DNA of 64,000 nucleotides from Oscillospiraceae bacterium (GTDB lineage Bacteria; Bacillota; Clostridia; Oscillospirales; Acutalibacteraceae): NCBI GenBank assembly GCA_036654375.1, contig JAVVSD010000006.1, positions 3,084 to 67,083 of the forward strand, read 5' to 3'. Shown piece by piece: positions 59,556 to 64,000 of this stretch (position 1 is its first letter; each line of letters starts with the position of its first letter). The notes under the pieces were generated by a model. It saw only the letters and a program-made list of their open reading frames with translations, ran no database searches and was not told where the DNA came from. The position numbers and the translations under genes were made by a program.

Positions 59556-59672
59556 ATAAACAAATGAAGATTGGATTGAATGCAAAACTAAAGGGCATCA
59601 TCGTTTTTAAACGAGAGGCCCTTAAATCTATTTGTTCACAAGCTGAATTATCACAAGTGGTTTTGTTTGTAA

Positions 59673-60113
59673 TTATTTGTCCAGAACCATTTGAAGATAA
59701 TCAAGTTCTTCAAAACCGAGCTTATTATAAAGAGAAATTGCTCCTGCATTTTCCCTGATTGCTTCAAGCCTAAAACGCTTTGAAACTCCGTCAAATTTAT
59801 CAAAAATAAACTCAAAAAATTCTTTCCCAAGTCCTTTGCCACGGAAATCTTTTAAGATATAGATTTCCTCAATCCAAATACAAGTTCCGCCAACTTCAGG
59901 AGAAAAAGTTTTTGAAAGCATTGCATATCCTGCACACTGCGAATCGCACTCAATGATGTAGCCAATAAGATAATTATCGCTTCTCATCATTTCTTCAAAA
60001 GAGTTTGTCATGCAATGTTCAGCAACGGCGTGCAGGACGGCGTCGGAATGATAAAATTCGTTTGCAAGCTTGAGATAAATGCCTTTGTCTGTCGTGGTAA
60101 GAGGTCTAATCAT
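59673..60113 (-). CDS. GNAT family N-acetyltransferase
   Basis: IEEIYILKDFRGKGLGKEFF acetyl-CoA motif and LYNKLGFEE. ATG 60113 is preferred over TTG 60131, which lies within the RBS. Confidence 0.75.
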   Translation of the reverse strand: MIRPLTTTDKGIYLKLANEFYHSDAVLHAVAEHCMTNSFEEMMRSDNYLIGYIIECDSQCAGYAMLSKTFSPEVGGTCIWIEEIYILKDFRGKGLGKEFFEFIFDKFDGVSKRFRLEAIRENAGAISLYNKLGFEELDYLQMVLDK

Positions 60114-60180
60114 TTTTTTACTACACTCCAATTCAATTGATAAAATGATTTTAGCATAGTATTAAAAAAAAATCAAAATT

Positions 60181-60210
60181 AAAAGCAAAGCAGTTTAAAG
60201 CTTTGCTTTT
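60181..60210. terminator. Bidirectional hairpin terminator
   Basis: aaaagcaaagc agtttaa gctttgctttt. Confidence 0.7.
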
Positions 60211-60220
60211 AATTAATCTG

Positions 60221-60427
60221 TTAGGGAAGCATGGTAGTGATGTCATTTTCATATTCTGTCATTTTGGACTCCATACGGTTCTTTGCGTCTTTTGCAACAC
60301 TTTCGGTTGTGCTTGTTGCTGCTGTTGTTGTTGTTGTAACCTTGCCATCGTCCTTATTGCTACACGCAGCAAACACAAAGATGCTCATAATCAACAAAGC
60401 ACAGACTAAAAAGATTTTTTTATTCAT
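60221..60427 (-). CDS. Small lipoprotein (68 aa) with a Thr-rich linker
   Basis: RBS aaggagag. MNKKIFLVCALLIMSIFVFAAC lipobox, then KVTTTTTAATSTTE. Confidence 0.65.
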   Translation of the reverse strand: MNKKIFLVCALLIMSIFVFAACSNKDDGKVTTTTTAATSTTESVAKDAKNRMESKMTEYENDITTMLP

Positions 60428-60567
60428 TTTTGCTCTCCTTCTTACATAACTAAATTTGTTCGTTTAATAAATTCAGCGAAACCAATATCGCTAACCTCAT
60501 CAAAGGGGTCGATATAATTATTCCCGTTACAAATTTAATTATTCAATCGTAAAAAACTAAAAGAGAT

Positions 60568-61911
60568 TTACATTGTAAGAGTTCCGCCATCGGCATAAAT
60601 AAGCATAAGAATTTGAACTTCATCGCCTGTTTTTGTGTCAATATAGACCAGTATATCGTCATCTTTTAAGCCCTTGCATTTAAACTCATAGCAATACTTT
60701 TCGTCGCCTGCACTTGTTGGGATATTTGCAAGCTTAACGCTCTGAACGGAAAGAGATTTGCTAAGGCTTTTTTTGGCTTGCTCAAGGCTTAATGAAGGTG
60801 TTCCAAAAGTCCTTTGAATGTGATTGACCAAAAATCCTCTTGCATCAACAGAAATAATTTTTCCATCACTTAATGATACAGAAACTTTTATCAAATCTGT
60901 GTAGCAAATAACATTGTTGACGGAATATGCGAAGTTGATTGTGCAAATGCCGTCCATAACGGTGGAATATGTGCTGGACATATTTTTGTAGCCGACGAAG
61001 TTTAAAAATTCTTTTGCTCGTGCAATTGCATCTTCGGTTGAAAGCGTGGTTTCACCGGCCCATTGAGAACCAAGCATATAGCACAGAAAACCGCCGTTTT
61101 TTGTAATAGCGATTGTTTTATCCTTACTGTTAAAAACAAAGCACTTCATCAAGCTCTCTTCTGTGGAAATTTTAAGAGATTTTGAATCAATATTTCCGAA
61201 CTTTGCAGCAATTTTTAAAGCCTCTTCCTTTGTAACACCATTTTTATTGGCAACCATTTTTGATTCCTTTTGCATTATGTGGTCTGAGAAAGGACCGTCA
61301 TAAATTAAGGTGGGATAATCTGCAAGTGATTGCTCAATGTCTGAAAAGCTTGAGGAAACACTTGCAGCTTTTGAGTTTTTGTTAAGGTCAAGATTGCCTG
61401 CAAGCAGTTCGCTCGTGCTTATCGTGCCATTATCAATTCCGACACGAAGTGTGGAGATGCTTTTTGAAAGATTTGTTGCATAGTTTAAAAGGTTCAAAAG
61501 CTGATTTCTTTCTTCCTGCTTAATTTGCTGACCGTCTGCAATTTTTTTGTTTAGTGCCATTGTGAATTCACCTACCTGAGAAAGAAATTTGTAGGTGTTT
61601 TCAAGAGCAATATCACTTGTTGAAAGTTGCGCAAGACAATCCTTTGCACCTGACGCATCTCTCCAAAGCTCGGTGGAAAGAGAAGCCATCATTGGAGGAG
61701 TATTTGAATAAACTCCTTTTTGTAAATCAAGCTTTAGCTCGTCAACATATTCTCCAAGTGCGTTAAGATTTCGCTGTTCAGATGCCCGAAGCTCAAGCTC
61801 ATAATGTTTTGCCTTGGCTGTTCCTGTATACGCAAAAACTCCAAGAACAACTATAAACGAAAGCATATATAAGCCGATGCGAAGTTGAGTCTTGCTCATT
61901 TTTGTTTTCAA
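60568..61911 (-). CDS. ypeB: Germination protein YpeB
   Basis: N-terminal TM helix. The ELELRASEQRNLNALGEYVDEL...ELWRDASGAKDCLAQL region matches the conserved YpeB N-domain. C-terminal PepSY-like repeats. TTG 61911, 8 nt after GGAGG, is preferred; the ORF-track start is 61926. Confidence 0.8.
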   Translation of the reverse strand: MKTKMSKTQLRIGLYMLSFIVVLGVFAYTGTAKAKHYELELRASEQRNLNALGEYVDELKLDLQKGVYSNTPPMMASLSTELWRDASGAKDCLAQLSTSDIALENTYKFLSQVGEFTMALNKKIADGQQIKQEERNQLLNLLNYATNLSKSISTLRVGIDNGTISTSELLAGNLDLNKNSKAASVSSSFSDIEQSLADYPTLIYDGPFSDHIMQKESKMVANKNGVTKEEALKIAAKFGNIDSKSLKISTEESLMKCFVFNSKDKTIAITKNGGFLCYMLGSQWAGETTLSTEDAIARAKEFLNFVGYKNMSSTYSTVMDGICTINFAYSVNNVICYTDLIKVSVSLSDGKIISVDARGFLVNHIQRTFGTPSLSLEQAKKSLSKSLSVQSVKLANIPTSAGDEKYCYEFKCKGLKDDDILVYIDTKTGDEVQILMLIYADGGTLTM

Positions 61912-62066
61912 TTTAAATTCCTCCAATTTGTAAAAAAATTATAAAACACTTTTATTTTCTCATAATCATCATGAAATATTCAAAAAGCCAATTTTAAACA
62001 AGCGAAAATTAGCATGAAAAGCGAATAAAAACAGCTAAAATTAACCAAATTAATTTTTATTTAGCA

Positions 62067-62095
62067 TTGCACGCGTTAAGTGAATACTGTATAAT
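62067..62095 (+). promoter_or_regulatory. Promoter of the cysteine desulfurase-thiI operon
   Basis: TTGCAC, 17 nt, then TATAAT. Confidence 0.55.
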
Positions 62096-62143
62096 AGTAT
62101 GGAATATATTCTATACTAAATCCAATTTCTTGGAGGAGAGAGC

Positions 62144-63274
62144 TTGGAATGCTATCTTGATAACAGTGCAACTACAAAAGTTTGTAATTCGGCAGTAAAA
62201 GAAATGATGAAAATGCTGACCGAGAATTATGGCAATCCTGCATCTTTGCACAAAAAAGGTGATGAGGCAAAAGCGGCACTTGACAAGGCAAGAAAAAATG
62301 TTGCCAATGCACTCTCTTGCTACCCTGATGAGGTTTACTTTACCAGCGGAGGAACAGAGAGCAATAACATCGCAGTTTTTGGAGCGGCAGAAGCGCTAAA
62401 ACGAAGAGGAAATAAAATCGTAACAACTTCAATTGAGCATCCAAGTGTTGCTGAACCTATTTCAAGACTTGAAAAACAGGGGTTTGAGGTTGTGCGTATT
62501 CCAGTGGGAATAGACGGTAAAATTAAAGAGGAAGACATATTTAGGGAAGTCAATAAAAATACAGTTTTAATCAGCATAATGCTTGTTAATAATGAGGTTG
62601 GCAGTATTCAACCCATTAAAGCGGCAAGATTGGCAGTTAAAAGAGCTGGTTGTGGTGCATTAATTCATTGTGATGCCGTACAGGCGTTCAGCAAAATCAG
62701 CATTTGTCCTGATGATCTTGGTGTTGATCTGTTGACCGTAAGCTCACACAAGGTTCATGGTCCAAAGGGTGTAGGAGCACTTTATGTTCGCAAGGGTGTA
62801 AGGCTTGTATCTCCTATATACGGTGGCGGTCAAGAAGAAGGAATTCGTTCGGGAACATCACCCATGCCAGCAATCGCGGGCTTTGGTGCAGCTGTTGCCG
62901 AATTTCCCGATTATGAGTCCACAATTGTAAGAATGTCAGCAATGAGGGATAACTTCATTTCAAATGTTGTGCAGATTCCAGGAGTTGTTGTGAACTCTCC
63001 CAAAGATGCACTTCCATTTATAATCAACATCTCAGTTGTTGGAATTCCATCAGAAGTAATGCGAAACGAGCTGTCTTCACGCGGGATTTATATCTCGTCT
63101 GGCTCTGCGTGTTCAAAAGGGCATCGGAGCAGGGTTCTTACAGCTATGGAGCTTCCAAACGAAAGAATAGACAGTGCACTTAGAATTACTCTTTCCCGTT
63201 ACACAACAAGCGATGAACTAAATATGTTGTTAAAGGGCATTGCATATGCTCGTCAAAACATCAGATATAGCTGA
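62144..63274 (+). CDS. Cysteine desulfurase (NifS/IscS class V aminotransferase)
   Basis: TTG start after ggaggag. YLDNSATTKV, SSHKVHGPKGVG (PLP lysine), and the active-site SSGSACS. Confidence 0.88.
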   Translation: MECYLDNSATTKVCNSAVKEMMKMLTENYGNPASLHKKGDEAKAALDKARKNVANALSCYPDEVYFTSGGTESNNIAVFGAAEALKRRGNKIVTTSIEHPSVAEPISRLEKQGFEVVRIPVGIDGKIKEEDIFREVNKNTVLISIMLVNNEVGSIQPIKAARLAVKRAGCGALIHCDAVQAFSKISICPDDLGVDLLTVSSHKVHGPKGVGALYVRKGVRLVSPIYGGGQEEGIRSGTSPMPAIAGFGAAVAEFPDYESTIVRMSAMRDNFISNVVQIPGVVVNSPKDALPFIINISVVGIPSEVMRNELSSRGIYISSGSACSKGHRSRVLTAMELPNERIDSALRITLSRYTTSDELNMLLKGIAYARQNIRYS

Positions 63275-63304
63275 TGAGTCAATCCGAAACTAAGGAATGG
63301 TAAA

Positions 63305-64000
63305 ATGAAGGAAATAATTTTAATAAAAAATGGTGAGCTTGCATTAAAAGGGCTTAACCGCTCAACTTTTGAAGATGTACTAATCAAAAATATTCGCCGC
63401 AGGCTTCGTGATGTTGGCGAATTTGAAATAAAAAAGTCGCAGTCCACAATAACGATAGAGCCTAAAAATGATAATTTCAACATGAAGCAAGCGGTTGAAA
63501 GGCTCTCAAAAATTTTTGGAATTGCAGGCCTTTCAAGGGCTGCAGCTGCAGAAAAAAACATGGACGACATCTTAAAGGTTGCCGAAAACTACCTTGAAGA
63601 GCTTCTTTTAGAGATAAAAACATTCAAAGTTGAAGCAAAGAGGGCAGACAAAAAGTTTCCACTAAAGTCACCCGAAATTTGCAACGAGGTTGGGGGATTT
63701 CTCCTTGAGAAGTATCCACACCTTGAGGTTGATGTTCACAATCCACAGCTCACCGTAAACATAGAGATAAGAGATAGATACGCATATATCAGGGGAAATC
63801 AGCTAAGAGGAGCGGGTGGAATGCCTGTTTCAACAGCTGGCAGGGCGGCACTTTTAGTTTCAGGAGGAATCGACAGCCCAGTTGCGGGTTGGATGATGTC
63901 TAAGCGTGGTGTAAGCCTTACTGCTATCCACTTTGCCTCTCCTCCATACACAAGTCAAAGGGCAGAGCAGAAGGTTATGGAACTTTTGCAAAAGGTTGCA
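63305..64000 (+). CDS. thiI: tRNA 4-thiouridine(8) synthase ThiI, 3' end outside window
   Basis: The frame is open from ATG 63305 to the window end. MKEIILIKNGELALKGLNR (ferredoxin-like/THUMP N-terminus) and the PP-loop LVSGGIDSPVAGWMM. Confidence 0.88.
   Translation, partial: MKEIILIKNGELALKGLNRSTFEDVLIKNIRRRLRDVGEFEIKKSQSTITIEPKNDNFNMKQAVERLSKIFGIAGLSRAAAAEKNMDDILKVAENYLEELLLEIKTFKVEAKRADKKFPLKSPEICNEVGGFLLEKYPHLEVDVHNPQLTVNIEIRDRYAYIRGNQLRGAGGMPVSTAGRAALLVSGGIDSPVAGWMMSKRGVSLTAIHFASPPYTSQRAEQKVMELLQKVA

Noticed and set aside
59522..59758. A 78-aa plus-strand ORF.
   Set aside because: It starts inside the terminator hairpin of the Rnf-like operon and runs antisense into the GNAT gene, with no RBS.
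60203..60409. A plus-strand ORF with a poly-Cys run (CACCCCCCCC).
   Set aside because: It is antisense to the Thr-run (ACA/ACC codons) of the small lipoprotein gene, which has a strong RBS and lipobox.
1..64000. Looked for mobile elements, prophage genes, rRNA/tRNA genes, CRISPR-cas and defence systems.
   Set aside because: No transposase, integrase or recombinase ORFs, no terminal inverted repeats flanking a cassette, no tRNA-like cloverleaf candidates and no cas genes were recognised. RmuC appears to be the ordinary housekeeping copy.

Overview
The window looks like a low-GC Firmicutes (Clostridia-type, spore-forming) chromosomal segment. This is judged from ypeB, ytvI, a SipW-type peptidase, GGAGG ribosome-binding sites, and frequent GTG/TTG starts and 1-4 nt gene overlaps. 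All calls come from reading the sequence and ORF track by eye. Functions are assigned from recognised motifs and gene order, not from database searches, and start codons are best guesses from RBS spacing.

Layout:
- 1-10.7 kb: ogg (5' truncated), a GNAT, a YeiH-type membrane protein, a Na+-pumping oxaloacetate-decarboxylase-type operon on the minus strand (carboxyltransferase, OadG-like, separate biotin carrier, beta subunit), a split cobalamin methionine synthase, and guaB.
- 10.9-26.7 kb: an uninterrupted S10-spc-alpha ribosomal supercluster (rpsJ to rplQ, including secY, adk, map, a KOW protein, infA, rpmJ, rpoA). It is preceded by a strong promoter and a roughly 270-nt GC-rich structured leader.
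- 27.3-32.6 kb: an accessory-looking surface locus with a SipW signal peptidase, two small proteins carrying SipW-type signals, an 881-aa vWA protein, and a camelysin/TasA-like protein with a C-terminal anchor signal.
- 32.8-47.2 kb: an orphan family-5 solute-binding lipoprotein, rmuC, an esterase plus GH3 beta-glucosidase pair, a DUF362 protein with a Cys-rich tail, a candidate stand-alone sRNA, the ddl-DUF1934-argS operon, and a hypothetical protein plus GGDEF cyclase pair.
- 47.3-64 kb: hom-lysC, a ytvI-like gene, an OmpR/His-kinase pair, a small membrane-peptide gene behind a dyad-symmetric region, rpe, a mecA-like gene, an isolated three-gene RnfD/RnfE/RnfA-like module, a GNAT, a tiny lipoprotein, ypeB, a NifS-type cysteine desulfurase, and the start of thiI.

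No rRNA, tRNA, CRISPR array, transposase or integrase was recognised.

The two most interesting loci are:
1. The sortase-less SipW / TasA-like / vWA fibre-type locus.
2. The orphan Rnf-like membrane module. It lacks RnfC/G/B partners, the RnfD flavinylation motif and most of the intramembrane Fe-S cysteines, and it carries a six-copy 30-bp tandem repeat.
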